64,000 nt of DNA from Octopus vulgaris. Taxonomy: Eukaryota. The notes under the pieces are model-generated. The model made no database searches. It saw only the letters and a program-made list of their open reading frames with translations, and had not been told where the DNA came from. The translations under genes were made by a program, and so were the position numbers. The DNA lies in assembly GCA_951406725.2 (NCBI GenBank), contig OX597816.1:164796001-164860000 (forward strand), read 5' to 3'. Positions 27,199-40,818 of the stretch are shown here, in pieces. The first letter of the stretch is position 1; every line of letters starts with the position of its first letter.

Positions 27199-28054
27199 CA
27201 ACAACAGCAACAACAGCAAACGGTGATTATAGAACCAGCTGAATACCAGGTTGTTAAGACACAACGACTTAACGTGAGATACCGGATTACATGCCATATA
27301 TCTCTTAAAATATACATGAAAGTGAAATGACTTTGCATTGGTGAACTTTCAGCCAGGTCACACACATGGCTGACAACGAGGAGAGGTTAACGAAGTCGTT
27401 GAAAATCCTAGAGATAGCAACCAACTTTCTGGCAAACCCCATCTTACCGTTTTCAAAAGGTAAGGAAGAACCAAATAATTGTAAAGTAAAGTTTGACGCG
27501 ACAGTACCTGACTTAGCTGCGTTGAGTGAGTGAGAGTACGAGAACTCTGCAGCGTAAAGCGAATGCATCACAAACTGCGTAAAGTGAATATCACGTGATC
27601 ACGTGATCGATTCAACTATCAGAGATGTTGTTATACATCGTTGGTCACAATGCGCTTTGTATCGTTTTAGCTTTCGAATGATGCCATCCTGCTGGGCAGG
27701 CAGCTAGGCAGGCAGCTAGACAGGCAGCTAGGCAGGCAGCTAGGCAGGCAGTTAGGCAGGCAGCTAGGCAAACATTCTCCTTGAACGAAAGGCTTGTCCC
27801 ATTTACCGTTTGAGTGGACAGGAAGAATGTGAAATGAAGTACAGCCGGTCATATCTTGATCGGTAAATCACCAAATTTTTTATCCTCCCTGTTTATTTCC
27901 TTGTGGTCCTTTCTGTTGAAGAGCGTAGGCTCGAAACATAAAAGACTTTCTCACTTTCCCGAGCGTCAAACTAATACACCTGCTTTATATATATATATAT
28001 TTGCCTTCAATTTAGCATTCTGCCTTTTTATAATTTTTCCTTGCCTATATATAC

Positions 28055-28454
28055 TCTTTTACTCTTTTACTCTTTTACATGTTTCAGTCATTTGACTGCG
28101 GCCATGCTGGAGCACCGCCTTTAGTTGAGCAAATCGACCCCGGGACTTATTCTTTGAAAGCCCAGTACTTATTCTATCGGTCTCTTTTGCCGAACCGCTA
28201 AGTGACGGGGACGTAAACACACCAGCATCGGTTGTCAAGCAATGCTAGGGGGACAAACACAGACACACAAACATATACACATACATATACACATATATAC
28301 GACAGGCTTCTTTCAGTTTCCGTCTACCAAATCCACTCACAAGACATTGGTCTGCCCGGGGCTATAGCAGAAGACACTTGCCCAAGATGCCACGCAGTGG
28401 GACTGAACCCGGAACCATGTGGTTGGTTAGCAAGCTACTTACCACACAGCCACT

Positions 28455-28455
<1 letters not shown>
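28055..28455 (-). mobile_element. Family A SINE
   Basis: Family motifs. Confidence 0.9.
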
Positions 28456-28540
<85 letters not shown>

Positions 28541-28542
<2 letters not shown>

Positions 28543-28790
28543 ATAAGATCGTTATTTAAATAGCGATCTTATCAGGTGGCCAGCTTTGGAATAAAAACCT
28601 TCAAAGGTAAATAAATTATTATTAAAATTATAATTTAGGGTATCTAAGAGATACCACCACGCTGGAAATAGCAGCCAAAACTTGACTCTAAAACCCATTT
28701 AATGTGGTTTTTTAAAGTCAAGTTTTGGCTGCTATTTCCAGAGTGGTGGTATCTCTTAGATACCCTAAATTATAATTTTAATAATTATTT
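28541..28790. mobile_element. TA-flanked fold-back element (arms ~28614-28695 / 28706-28786)
   Basis: Same head GGATAAGATCGTTATTTAAA and same hairpin position as 3728-3970. Confidence 0.8.
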
Positions 28791-29461
28791 TTATATATAT
28801 ATACGACAGACTTCTTTCAGTTTCCATCTACCAGATCAACTCACAAGGCCTTGGTCGGCCTGGGGCTACAGTGGGACTGAAGCCAAGACCACATGGCTGT
28901 ACAGCGAGCTTTGCAACCACACAACCACGTCTGCGCCAACGTGTTGTCAGTCTTTTTTCTATGATCTTACATTGCTTTGGTTGTGGTTCTTGTTGCTGTT
29001 TCATTCTTTGTCTCTGTTGCTGTAGTTGTGGCTGTTATTTCTGTTGTTGTTTATGAAATACAGTTGATCAACAACAACAACAACAACAATAGTCCTCAAC
29101 AAACAAGCTTCCAGATAACAAATGTCATTTAATGTTATAAGTAGAACAATTGCGAACATTGATGAGCGTATCTGCTGGCTGGTTGTGGTGGTTGTGGTGG
29201 TGGTGGTGGCGGTGGCGGCGGGGGGTAGTGGTGGTGGTGGTGGTGGTGGTGAGATTTGTTGTCCTACATTCTCAATACTATCAACACCAACCACAGTAGC
29301 ATGTCAAATAGTTAAATTCACCTCTGATGTCAACAATCTGTGTGTGTGCGCGCGCGCGTGTGTGTGTGTGTTTGTGTGTATCTGTGTGCGCGCGTGTGTG
29401 TCTGTGTCTATCTGTGTATGTCTTTCTCATAAACTCTCTTTATGTATATATGTAGGTATGC

Positions 29462-29511
<50 letters not shown>

Positions 29512-30717
29512 ATCTCTCTCTCTCTATATATATATACGAATGTACATATATATATGCGTGCGCGTGTGTGTGTGTATAGATAGATATGTACACGTATTAA
29601 TAGAAATATACACATACATGCACTTATATGCGTATACGTGTGTATGTTTCTGTTTGTGTTTGTGTGTCTGTGATCGCGCGCGCATTTACGTACATAAACG
29701 GAACGCTGTTCCATTTTCTCAGCGTCTGTCTTTCGTCAAAAGTTTGTTTCGCCCTTCATTGTCATTCGAGACTGATGACCCAACATACATACATAGCCGG
29801 GTGAATGGGTTTAATAAAACACAGCGGTCCTGGTGTATTGCTGAGATAAGACAAGCAACGTAAAGTGATGCTGTAGCAGCAGTTGTTGTTGTTGTTGTTG
29901 TGAGTATTTATATCGGAGATATGTGTGTAAAGGCAGACTCGGAAGGAAAGAAATATTGTTGGTGATGTTGTTAACGTTGGAATTGCTGGCGTTGTAACTT
30001 GCTTACGACTGAAGCAGAGTGTGTGTGTAATTTATGTGTGCATGTATGTATGAATGTGCCTGTATGTATGTATGTATGTATGTATGTATGTATGTATGTA
30101 TGTATGTATGTATGTATGGTTGTATGTATGTATGTATTTATGTATGGTTGTATGTATGTATGTATGTATGTATGTATGTATGTATGTATGTATGTATGGT
30201 TGTATGTATGTATGTATGTATGTAATGTATGTATGTACATAGGTATGTAAGTATGTATGTATGTATGTATGTAAATAATGTATGTGTGTATGTATGTATG
30301 GTTTATGTATGTATGTATGTATGTATGTATGTGTGTATGTGTGTGTGTGTATGTATGTATGTATGTATGTATGTATGTATATAAATAGAGAGGAGGAAAG
30401 ATAGAAAACAACATGGACACTGACTTTGTAGTTCTTTATTCCAACTGTTACGTATGTTTCAATATTCAGCAACATATGACGTCACACTGTAGATGCTATA
30501 AGTATATGTATCCTATAAGGCCAGCTTGGTAAACAAAAACATGCCCATGTTCTCGTTACTTGTTATTCCTGTGGTCTCTCTACTAGGTCTTATGCCCCTC
30601 TTGAATACAGACGAACTGTCCGTATAAGTGACAGTGAGGCTTCAACGCGATTAACATTAGAGATGAAACCTGAATGATTTCTTTGTCAATCGTCAAGCGC
30701 AACGAATTGTACCTACA

Positions 30718-30772
<55 letters not shown>

Positions 30773-31049
30773 GTGTGTGTATGTATGTATGTATATAGAT
30801 ATATACAATATATGTATATGTATTATATACATATATATGTATATATGTATATATATATATATATGTCTGTGTGTGTGTTTGCGTGTGTGTGTATGTATGT
30901 ATGTATGTATGTATGTATGTATGTATGTATGTATGTATGTATGTATGAAAGCAAGTTATTTTATTCCCCAAGGTAGAAATATGGGAAAAGAAAAAAGTTG
31001 AAAATGCACAGGGAGTCTTAACCGGTTTCACGGATTTTTCTAATTTTCA

Positions 31050-31929
31050 AAATTTAAGTGAGATAGAAAGACGTGGAGGCTATGTCGCAACTGATTTGCT
31101 TTCTGACTGGAGTTGGAAAATTCTCTTGCTTTTTATGGAGAGAACATGACTCAAAGTAGTATCTGTCTAGGATACAATTTGACTGGCAGGGGTTTATCAC
31201 ATAATTAGGCCTAGAAATTTTCGTAACTTCCCTGCTATGTCCGTGACAATATATTTTGTGCCGAAAGTTAAGGCTAATAAGGCTGAGTGAACACGTCTAG
31301 TAACAGTCCCAAACAATCAAAGGTCTCCAAATTTAATCTTCTAAGTGGTAAATTGGACAGGAATTGTTTGTGTGTAGTCATTAAATTTTGCTATATATTT
31401 CTTTATTGTTCGTGTGTTAGTGTTGGTATAGCTTGTTTATTTTATTACAGTCGTGGTTCGTATTTTTGCGAAAATATTTTTTCTTTATTTATTCGTGTTT
31501 GAATTGTGGTATTATCTGAATAGCGTTTGTATGTAAGGCTTGAAATTTTGGGAACTTATTTGTCATGTATAAATCTAGGTAAGAAAAGTAATTCAAAAGT
31601 TAAAGTTGTGTTTCGCTGCATGTGAATATTGAGAATCAAAGAAACGGAGGCTTTGTAAATTTAGTATACCCAGTGATTGAATGTATACGATCTATATGTA
31701 TATACGTAGGCATAAAATTTTGTTCTTCACTAAATTCGTGACTTAGTGTCATGCGAATCATGATTGTGCGTATATTCAACATGTAAAGTGTCTGAATGTG
31801 TTTGTGTACGAGTAGTTGTTCGTAATTATTCTTTGTTAAAGTTTATTCAGTCGTGAATTGTTCTTTCCCTGTTTGGCTGTATCATGAAAATATCTAAATC
31901 ATTCACATAATTATAATTGTAATTGTAGA
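31050..31929 (-). pseudogene. Probable inverted upstream part (RT thumb/linker) of the same Penelope-like copy
   Basis: Strand composition flips at ~31930. Eroded minus-strand peptides include YLDLYMTNKF..FKPY and VTDIAGKLRKFLGLI. Confidence 0.4.
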
Positions 31930-32720
31930 ACACCTTTATCCTGTCCTCCAGAAGGCGACTGTCTCTCAGGAAATATCGCATAGAGCGCAACGGCAACCAC
32001 GAAAACGACACCAACTGTATCTACATATATATACGATCTACAGCAAGCCTGTTCAACAACCTTTACACCTACCTACATCCTCTTGTGAACATCAAAATTC
32101 AAGATAAACAAGTTGCTATACTAAACACTAATATGCCCGACTACTAACCCCACTTTCAAACTGCAAACTGGAAATCCCCTAAATGATAACAACAGCAGCA
32201 AGTGAAGAAACTGACCAGCTAAAACACATCACTTACATTCTCTTGTGTACCCTTAAAAATTTTCATTTCAAAAGTTACTAGGCTTTTAAAAACTGAACTA
32301 GAATTTGAAACTTTGATATTTACATTGTCAAAGAAAAGGATAAGATCAAAGGATAAGAACAAAAATAACTAAAACTCCAGGCACATACCCTGACTGAAAA
32401 AGACTTCTTGTACCTACCTGCATCCTTTTTGTGAATCACTAAAAAGCAATCCCATGACCTGAAGCGAACACATCTAAATATACACATTTGCATGAATAAA
32501 TTCTAAACAATGACATAACCCCAAATTTAATCCATAAAAATTTCCTCAAAACCCCGCTGCTTCACAACCCATACCACAACCTGATTATCACTCCACTCAA
32601 ACCCATATAACCAACGAATATCTTAACTCAACAGAGACTACATAAAACCAGGACTAACTTCAATGCATCCGACGATGGCTTAGTTGACCGAAGCTTCGAA
32701 GTTACAGTCAATAACATTAT
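31930..32720 (+). pseudogene. Penelope-like GIY-YIG endonuclease remnant and 3' end
   Basis: From ~31940: CPPEGDCLSGNIA*SATATT..TYIRSTASLF, matching the CPLxGxCLxxNIVYxATV..YIGxT..F pattern. A/C-rich strand, with a decayed HHR-like string at 32656-32703. Confidence 0.65.
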
Positions 32721-32966
32721 TGTTTAATGTATGTGTGTTTGTATGTATGTATGTATGTATGTATGTATGTATGTATGTATGTATGTATGTATGTGTTAGG
32801 AAAGCCTTCTTTTTTTGGCGGGGGCTTATATGCCCCTTTATTAGACTATTTTCCTTAGTCATTGCACAGTAATCACCATAAGCTTTAAGCTTATATAAAA
32901 ATACCATTATTATTATTTACAGGATTGTAAAACCGGCGCCGTATAAAAAATTCATTCGCACCGAAA

Positions 32967-33012
<46 letters not shown>

Positions 33013-33590
33013 AAAGATATTTATTAGTATGTTACATGTTTTTATAAATCATATAAAATAAGACTGATAGAATAAATACTAGGCTTACAAAAGATAAGTC
33101 CTATTCCACTAAAATGCGGTGCTCCAGTATGGTCGCAGTCAAATGACTGAAACAAGTAAAAGAGTAAAAAAGAGTAAAAGAACATTCGAGTTTGAAGTAA
33201 TCAGTGAAACCGTCCTATTAGAGGGGTATCGTACTTTTTTTCTTTTAAAAAATCATAGCTGTTACTGTAAGCGAGTATGCCTTGGTAGGTTGTACCACAC
33301 TTTCGTTTTTGGCGTCGATGAAGCCTCGAGCAAACACAGGCGTTGATTCAGTTGATCATCTGGGATGGGATACTTGAAAGGCCAGAGAGTCACACCAACT
33401 CTTGGTTTGCAACCATTTCAGCTGACCAGGCTGCAGCAAAGTACAGTGAAGTACTTAGTCTTTTATCGTTTACATTTGTCATTCGACTACGCTCATGCAC
33501 GGTCTCGAAGAGTTTACTTTACGAATAGATCCCAGTATATATATATTTTTTTTTCTCTCCTTGTTTTCTCTCCTTGTTTTTTTTTTCTGT

Positions 33591-33632
33591 GTCCCTTTCT
33601 GTAGAAGAGCGTAGGCTCGAAACGTAAAAGAC
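33591..33632 (+). ncRNA. Hammerhead-like motif with non-canonical core (family also at 27906-27946 + and 25742-25772 -)
   Basis: GTCCCTTT-CTGTAGAA-GAGC GTAG GCTC-GAAA-CG-TA-AAAGAC. The 3' half is a textbook minimal HHR, while the core reads CUGUNGAA. Confidence 0.5.
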
Positions 33633-33727
33633 TTTTTCTATTCCTGAGCGTTATACTAATACTAATGCATATGTTTGTTTTGTACATCACCTGTCTTCGT
33701 CTTTTGTTGTTTCTTTTCGTGAACTCT

Positions 33728-33768
<41 letters not shown>

Positions 33769-34310
33769 AGCCTGGTACTTGTCCTATCAATTTCGTTTTG
33801 CCTGAGCGCTAAGTTACTTGGACGTAAACAAACCAACACTGGCTGACAAGTTTCTAAGGCTTTGGTCGGCTCGGGGCTATAATAGAATACATTTGCTCAC
33901 GGTACCACGCAGTAAGTAGGACTGAATCTGAAACCCTGTGGTTGAGAAGCAAACTTCTTACCACACAGCCCCGGTCAGAGAATCGAACCCCCACAACCTT
34001 ATGATCATAAATCTAACGCCCTGAGCACTACACCACGCTGATTTCTATAAAAGCTAAGTTAGTGAAATCAGCGAATTAATAAAAGGCTATAAGAACAAAC
34101 ACGCTTGTATACGCCCACATGAAATGCGTGTGCTAGTATTAGTTTATAAACTTGTTAATCAATATATTTCTGGATATCCTTGTTTATTCAGATCGATTGG
34201 TTATTGTTAGAGTTATTTCTAAATAATAATAAACCTTAAAAAACAAAATACGGAATCACTAAATGATTGTACAAATGTTCAAAACAAATGTAACAAAATA
34301 TATATATAAC

Positions 34311-34359
<49 letters not shown>

Positions 34360-34443
34360 ATACATACACATATCTCTCTCTTTTTCTCTCTTTCTCTATC
34401 TGACTGTCTGTCTCTCTCTATATATATATGTATATATACATAC

Positions 34444-34534
<91 letters not shown>

Positions 34535-35846
34535 TAAATATATATATACATGTACAGAAGCATATATATGTATGTGGGTGCGTGTGCGTGTGTGTGCGTG
34601 TGTCTGTGTGTCTGTGCCAGTGTCTGTGTGTAAATATATCACTCAAATAAAAGTCAGAATATCATGTGATCCATTCACTTCCCGTTGATGTTTTTTTAAA
34701 CTTTTTATTTTATATATGTATTTACTCAGCATTCCATTCGCTACAAAATCTCTGGCACCAGTTTTTGCTTCATATTCTCTGATGCGAATCAATGACTCTG
34801 CAATACCTTATATAGCATCTTTCGAACCATTGTGTATCAAATATATTTAACACGTTAGCTATCGTTTGCAATAACATCCTACATTTGTTTGTTTCTATTC
34901 ATTACCGTTTCAAATTACCTCTGCTATTTCTATACTCTAGAGCCTTTTCTAGTTTAGAACCAAAATTTATCTAAGTTTTCTATGCAACAGTAATGAAATA
35001 GTAATGAAAGCTATTTTTTTTTATAATTTGTTATTATGTAACCTTTGCTGAAATAAAGTATTAAAGTTTCCACTGTCTAGAAAATTCTTATGATTTCCAA
35101 TTATAATATACTCTTTTTATCGAAATGTGTTTGTTAAACTTCTTTTTATTATTTGAGCTTTCACCTACACGTTAATCAGAAAACAATCCTATTCACTGTA
35201 ACATGCGTTTTATAACGTCTTGTGCATCCTTTTTCAACTGTTCCCAAGTAACGCTCTCTCTTTTTCTCTCTCTCTCCTTCTTTTCTCTCTCTCTCCTTTT
35301 CTCTCTCTCCTTCTTTCTCTCCTCCCCCCTGCCCTTCTCGTCTCTCTCTTTCCATATCTTCTTTGTTTACATATTTCTAATTGTTAATTCCTTTGATGAA
35401 ACTTCCACTGTGTTGTCGCAAAAGAAAATATTTCCTATCTCTGTACATCTGTAGTAATTATAATTTGGTTACGGCACGACGGATAAAAATTGTTTCAATC
35501 ACTAACGATACATATAGGTTTTATCGACATGCTTGATATTTCAGCTGGAATGTCACATTCGTAGTTTAAGCGAATTACTGGCCTTCAGAAATTTATTTCG
35601 AAACTTGATCTTTCGTTTAAAGTTGTCAGTGCCCCACCTGTATCTATTTACGATGGGCAGCTTTTGTGAAATAAGATTCCTAAGGAAGTATTCTAGTAAA
35701 TATTTCGGCGTCATTAGTAGATTGTTTCTTTATTCAACAATGAGAAAAATTTCGTTAGAAACTTTCTACTTTCAGTTTCAGTTCTTATTACATTCTCCAT
35801 TTTTTCTTTCAGTTTAACGTGAATTTGTTTTCGTATGTATAACATT

Positions 35847-36366
35847 GGCGCAGGAGTGGCTGCTTTTGCAAGAAGCTTGCATGCCAACCACATGGTTCCG
35901 GGATCAGTCCCACTACGGGGAAACTTGGGCAAGTGTCTTCCAGCATAGCTTCAGCCTTGTGAGTGGATTTCGTAGATGGAAACTGAAAGAAGCGCGTCAT
36001 ATATATGTGTGCGTGCGTGTTTGTTTATGTCTGTGCTTGCGTGTGTGTATGTGTGTGTGTCTGAGTGTGTATGTGTGCGTGTGTGTGTGCGTGCGTGTGT
36101 GTGTGTGTGTGTGTGTGTGCGTGTGTGTGTGTGCGTGTGTGTGTGTGTCCGTGTTTTTGTGTCTGCTTTTGTCTCCCACCACCGCTTGATGACCGGTGCT
36201 GTTGTGTTCACACCGCCCGTAACTTACCAGTTCGGCAAAAGAGACCTATAAAATAAGTACCCCGCTTAAAAGAAATAAGAACCGAAGTTGATTCATTCGA
36301 CTAAAAATTATCTTCAAACTGGTGCCTCAGCATGGCCGCAGTCTAATGACTGAACACAAGTAAAGG
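35847..36366 (+). mobile_element. Family A SINE (divergent subfamily; similar at 11760-12120)
   Basis: Family motifs with a longer tail variant. Confidence 0.82.
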
Positions 36367-36585
36367 ATTAAAAAAAATATTAATAATACATTCATAAACA
36401 CCCACACAATGATTACTTTAAAAGTAAATGTTATAGTTTATCATTGAAAGCTCCAGTTTATCGCTGTCTGGTTCATCGTTGTCTGTACAAAGGCGTTGGT
36501 CTTAATTCCCATTAGACGGATGTCATCGCTGTTTCGATCCCCACTCAGGCTAAATACTTTTTCCTCTGTATTCTAATAGTGTTTT

Positions 36586-36971
36586 GTGGAGGCGCAATGG
36601 CCCAGTGGTTAGGGCAGCGGACTCGCGGTCATAGGATCGCGGTTTCGATTCCCAGACCGTGCGTTGTGAGTGTTTATTGAGCGAAAACACCTAAAGCTCC
36701 ACGAGGCTCCGGCAGGGGATGGTGGTGATCCCTGCTGTACTCTTTCACCACAACTTTCTCTCACTCTTACTTCCTGTTTCTGTTGTACCTGTATTTCAAA
36801 GGGCCGGCCTTGTCATTCTCTGTGTCACGCTGAATATCCCCGAGAACTACGTTAAGGGTACACGTGTCTGTGGAGTGCTCAGCCACTTACACGTTAATTT
36901 CATGAGCAGGCTGTTCCGTTGATTCGGATCAACCGGAACCCTCATCGTCGTAACCGACGGAGTGCTTCCCC
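36586..36971 (+). mobile_element. Full-length family C SINE with 11-bp TSD (partial copies 1305-1610, 40900-41205, 46457-46780, 47390-47570, 55895-56260)
   Basis: TSD AATAGTGTTTT at 36575-36585 and 36972-36982; near-identical to 13379-13767. Confidence 0.9.
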
Positions 36972-37489
36972 AATAGTGTTTTATTTGATTATTATATTTA
37001 ATAGCCATAGTTTCAGTCCTTTCTCCCTCTCTCTCCCACTTCATTTACCATCTAGTTTGTGTTTAATTTATCTATAACACATCCTTTTTGACCCACCGGT
37101 TTCGTACTGCTCATGTTACGCATAACTTCAATGCCGTATGCTATTTAGCAAACTATCATAGTCGAGGGCACTTTCAAATGCAGATCACATCACTGATTAG
37201 TTTGGTCGAGGTTTCTTGGTATTTTATGCTACTGCTCTTTAGTTAAAGGAGGGTGACAAGACAAGGTGGTCACAACTGCATTGATTTTGGTCATATGTAT
37301 GGTTGTCCAGGACTGACATGAGACTAAAGAGAAACATTCGGTCCCACGAACTGTTTAGAAATAGTCACTGAATTTTTTCATATTCCACGCATTTTAAAAG
37401 ACAATCCTAAAAATGTCGAGATGGTCACGGCTTGACTAGCTTTGATCTACTGCCTTGTTGAGTAATTTACTGAGCGTTTAGCAGAGGTT

Positions 37490-37824
37490 GTGAAGGCGCA
37501 TGACGCAGTGGTTAGAGCGTTGAGCTTACGACCGTGAGGTTGTGAGTTCGAATCCTGGACCGGGCTGCGTGTTGTGTTCTTCAGCAAGACACTTTATTTC
37601 ACGTTGCTCCAGTTCACTCAACTGCAGAAATGAGTTGCGACGTCACAGGTACCAAACTGTGTCGGCCTTTGCCTTTCCCTTGGATAACATCAGTGGCGTG
37701 GAGAGGGAGGCCGGTATGCATGGGCGACTGTTGGTCTTCCATAAACAACCTTGCCCGGACTTGTGACTGGGAGGGTAACTTTCTAGGTGCAATCCCCTGG
37801 TCAGTCATGACTGAACGGCGTCTC
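37490..37824 (+). mobile_element. Family D tRNA-derived SINE (other copies 718-900, 54522-54848 -, 59940-60150, related 37905-38210 -)
   Basis: Head GTGAAGGCGCATG..CAGTGGTTAGAGCG..GAGTTCGAATCC; central GCAAGACACTTTATTTCACGTTGCTCCAGTTCACTCAGCTG (Meta-domain-like). Confidence 0.85.
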
Positions 37825-38867
37825 AGCATGTAGCAGACATTAAGGAGAAAATACCTATGAAAATCCGGAGCGAGAGGCCATCAGGAAAATATATGCACGG
37901 TTAACATGTGATCACGTGATCGATCAGACTAACGGATGTTGTTAGACATTGCTGTTCACCATGCGCTTTGCATCGGTTTGGCTTTCAAATGACGCAACCC
38001 TGCTGGTTAGGATAGGAGCAGACCAACATTCTCCTTGATCGGAAAACTAGTCCATCGTAGGGGTATTCATTTACAGTTGAGTGGACTGGGGCAACGTGAA
38101 ATGAAGTGTTTTGCTCAAGAGCACAACGTGCCGCCAGTCTGGGAATCGAAAGCAGGATCTCAGGATTGTGAGTGCAACATGCCTGACCACAAGGCATCTT
38201 TGCATGCGCGACTATACTCAACCAATATTCGGCATCCGTTGCAGCTCCAGGGGTGCTGCGAACGAATTGATTTGTCTTTCATGAGTAGAGAAGGGGTTAT
38301 TGTACTTAGGGGTTAGGCATTCGCTTCTGGAAACAGCCCAAGCACAGCATTGGCGGTTAGGCTACTGTCCCTGCAATACTGATGACCAACAATCAAAAAG
38401 ACTAACCGTGGATCTGCTTAATGAAGGCTGACCGGGGATGGAAGTGGAGCTATACAGCAACAGTAACATCAAGAATAATCAATATTAGTAATCAGTCAGA
38501 AGGTTCGAAAGACCGATTCCATTGTCGTAAAGACCAGTTTTCATTTCATTTGTCTGAAAAATGCACTGATCACGTGATCAAGATAATATTTACTCAAAGA
38601 ATGGTCAGATGGAAGATTAGGAAAATTCGATCAAAACTATGAATCACGACATTCTTCTGAATTACAATTTCTACCGTTTTTTTAATGTTTTTAATTAGTT
38701 TTTCTAGTTTTTTTTTTGTTTTTTGTTTTGGTGAGGAGGTTGGAGAGAGAGTTGTAACGAGGTTATTTGTGGCTGTAGTTTGTGCATTTAATGTATTAAA
38801 TGCATCGTAAGCGCATTCCCCTACTTCCGGCCTGGTCAGTCTCTTTGTAATTGGTAAATAGATATAC

Positions 38868-38918
<51 letters not shown>

Positions 38919-39472
38919 GACAACAGAGAGACAGAAATATTAAAACAACAAACAGACAGGCAGACACACAGACAGACAGACCTATTGTTAGCTATAATTA
39001 ATACGAAAAGAAGGAATGAAATTTCTGAATAGATGACTCTGATCACGTGATAGTGTAACAACATTGTTGTTGTTGTTGATTATATGATGATGTTGCTGTT
39101 GTTGTTGTTGTCGGTGGAAGTGGTGGTAGTGGGGAAGCGGGTGGGGATGTTGGTGGTGATGGAGGTGGAGATAGGATGGCCGTCATCGTCGTCGTCGTAA
39201 TGTTGTTGTTGCAGCAACTGTTGTTTATGATGATGATGATCGTGATGGCGGAGAGAACAGCGTGGATGCTGAGGAGGATAAGGAAGGGAAACGGAGGGGG
39301 GTGGATCAGCAGCAGCATTCGCATATACATACACACACACATGTGGCTGTGTGGTAAGAAGATTGCTTCCCAACCACATGGTTCAGGCAAGTGCAAGTGT
39401 CTTCTACACTACAGCCTCGGGCCGACCAAAGCCTTATGAGTCAATTTGGTAGAGAAGCGCGTCGTTTATATA

Positions 39473-39548
<76 letters not shown>

Positions 39549-39569
39549 CATACATAGATAGATAGATAC

Positions 39570-39604
<35 letters not shown>

Positions 39605-39609
<5 letters not shown>

Positions 39610-39769
39610 AGGAGTGGCTGTGTGGTAAGTAGCTTGATTACGGACCACATGGTTCCGGGTTCAGTCCCACTGCGTGGCACCTTGGGCAAGTGACTTCTAC
39701 TATAGTCTCGGGCCGACCAAAGCCTTGTGAGTGGATTTGGTAGACGGAAGCTGAAAGAAGCCCGTCGTA

Positions 39770-39837
<68 letters not shown>

Positions 39838-39839
39838 TA

Positions 39840-39898
<59 letters not shown>

Positions 39899-40118
39899 GT
39901 GTTTGTGTGTCTGTGTTTGTCCACCTAGCATTGCTTGACAACTGATGCTGGTGTGTTTACGTCCCCGTCAATTAGCGGTTCGGCAAAAATGACCGATAGA
40001 ATAAGTACTGGGCTTACAAAGAATAAGTCCCGGGGTCGAGTTGCTCGACTAAAGGCGGTGCTCCAGCATGGCCGCAGTCAAATGACTGAAACAAGTAAAA
40101 GAAAAAAATAAAAGTAAA
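39605..40118 (+). mobile_element. Family A SINE with internal microsatellite (representative full copy)
   Basis: Head GCGCAGGAGTGGCTGTGTGGTAAG..GGGTTCAGTCCC, CORE-like CACCTTGGGCAAGTG, internal (TA)n(TG)n, tail CCAGCATGGCCGCAGTCAAATGACTGAAACAAGTAAAAG. Confidence 0.9.
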
Positions 40119-40185
<67 letters not shown>

Positions 40186-40186
<1 letters not shown>

Positions 40187-40455
40187 ATAATGATAAAGGG
40201 TAAAATTAAGTAATCAATTTATAATTAATAATTTTACCAAGTAGTTCGGTATGTTAAAAGAACCATTAACGGTGAACTTATACAAACATTTCTATAATTA
40301 TGAACATAATAATAATTAGGGCTCAGCAGAATTTGCTTCACCACATACCGGGTAGTAGAATAGTTTTTTAACTGCTATTTCTAAATTTCAGTATGTGGTG
40401 ACGCAAATTCAGCTGAACCCTAATTATAATTATGCTCATAATTATAGAATTTTCA
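40186..40455. mobile_element. TA-flanked fold-back element (arms 40290-40348 / 40391-40449)
   Basis: ~59-bp imperfect inverted repeat. AAGGGTAAAATT...TTTTACCAAGTAG resembles 45600-45780 and the interior of the 56.3-kb element. Confidence 0.7.
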
Positions 40456-40602
40456 TACATATATATATATTTATATTATATAGAGGGCAAAAATACACAT
40501 AAATGCCACACGCTAGGAGGGACTTTTAAAGTCATAACTACCAAAAATAAACGAATCGTACCGAATGCAGCTCTCGAAGCAAGACATTTAAAACAGAATT
40601 TA

Positions 40603-40666
40603 GTTCCAGATCACCTGTGATTTCGCAATTAACGTATTATCTACGTCTCTTGTTCTGCAGTGAAAC
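40603..40666 (-). ncRNA. Degenerate hammerhead (core CUGCAGA) in a TA-flanked element at ~40480-40760
   Basis: Minus strand: GTTTCA-CTGCAGA-ACAA GA GACGTA GATAA TACGTT AA TTGC-GAAA-TCAC AG GTGA-TC-TGGAAC. All three stems pair, but A6 is replaced by C. Confidence 0.6.
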
Positions 40667-40758
40667 GAATTCAAAATATATCATGAATGAACAAAACCAA
40701 CATACCCGGCGGAACCAAACAGACAACCGTCGCCTCCATCGTAGCACATCCTAATTTT

Positions 40759-40818
<60 letters not shown>

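Noticed and set aside
29768-29810. CTGATGA followed by CCC..GGG hairpin
   Set aside because: It is followed by GAAT rather than GAAA, and there is no stem I partner.
36586-36660. tRNA-like heads of SINEs as real tRNA genes
   Set aside because: The cloverleaf is incomplete and each head continues into a SINE body with TSDs.
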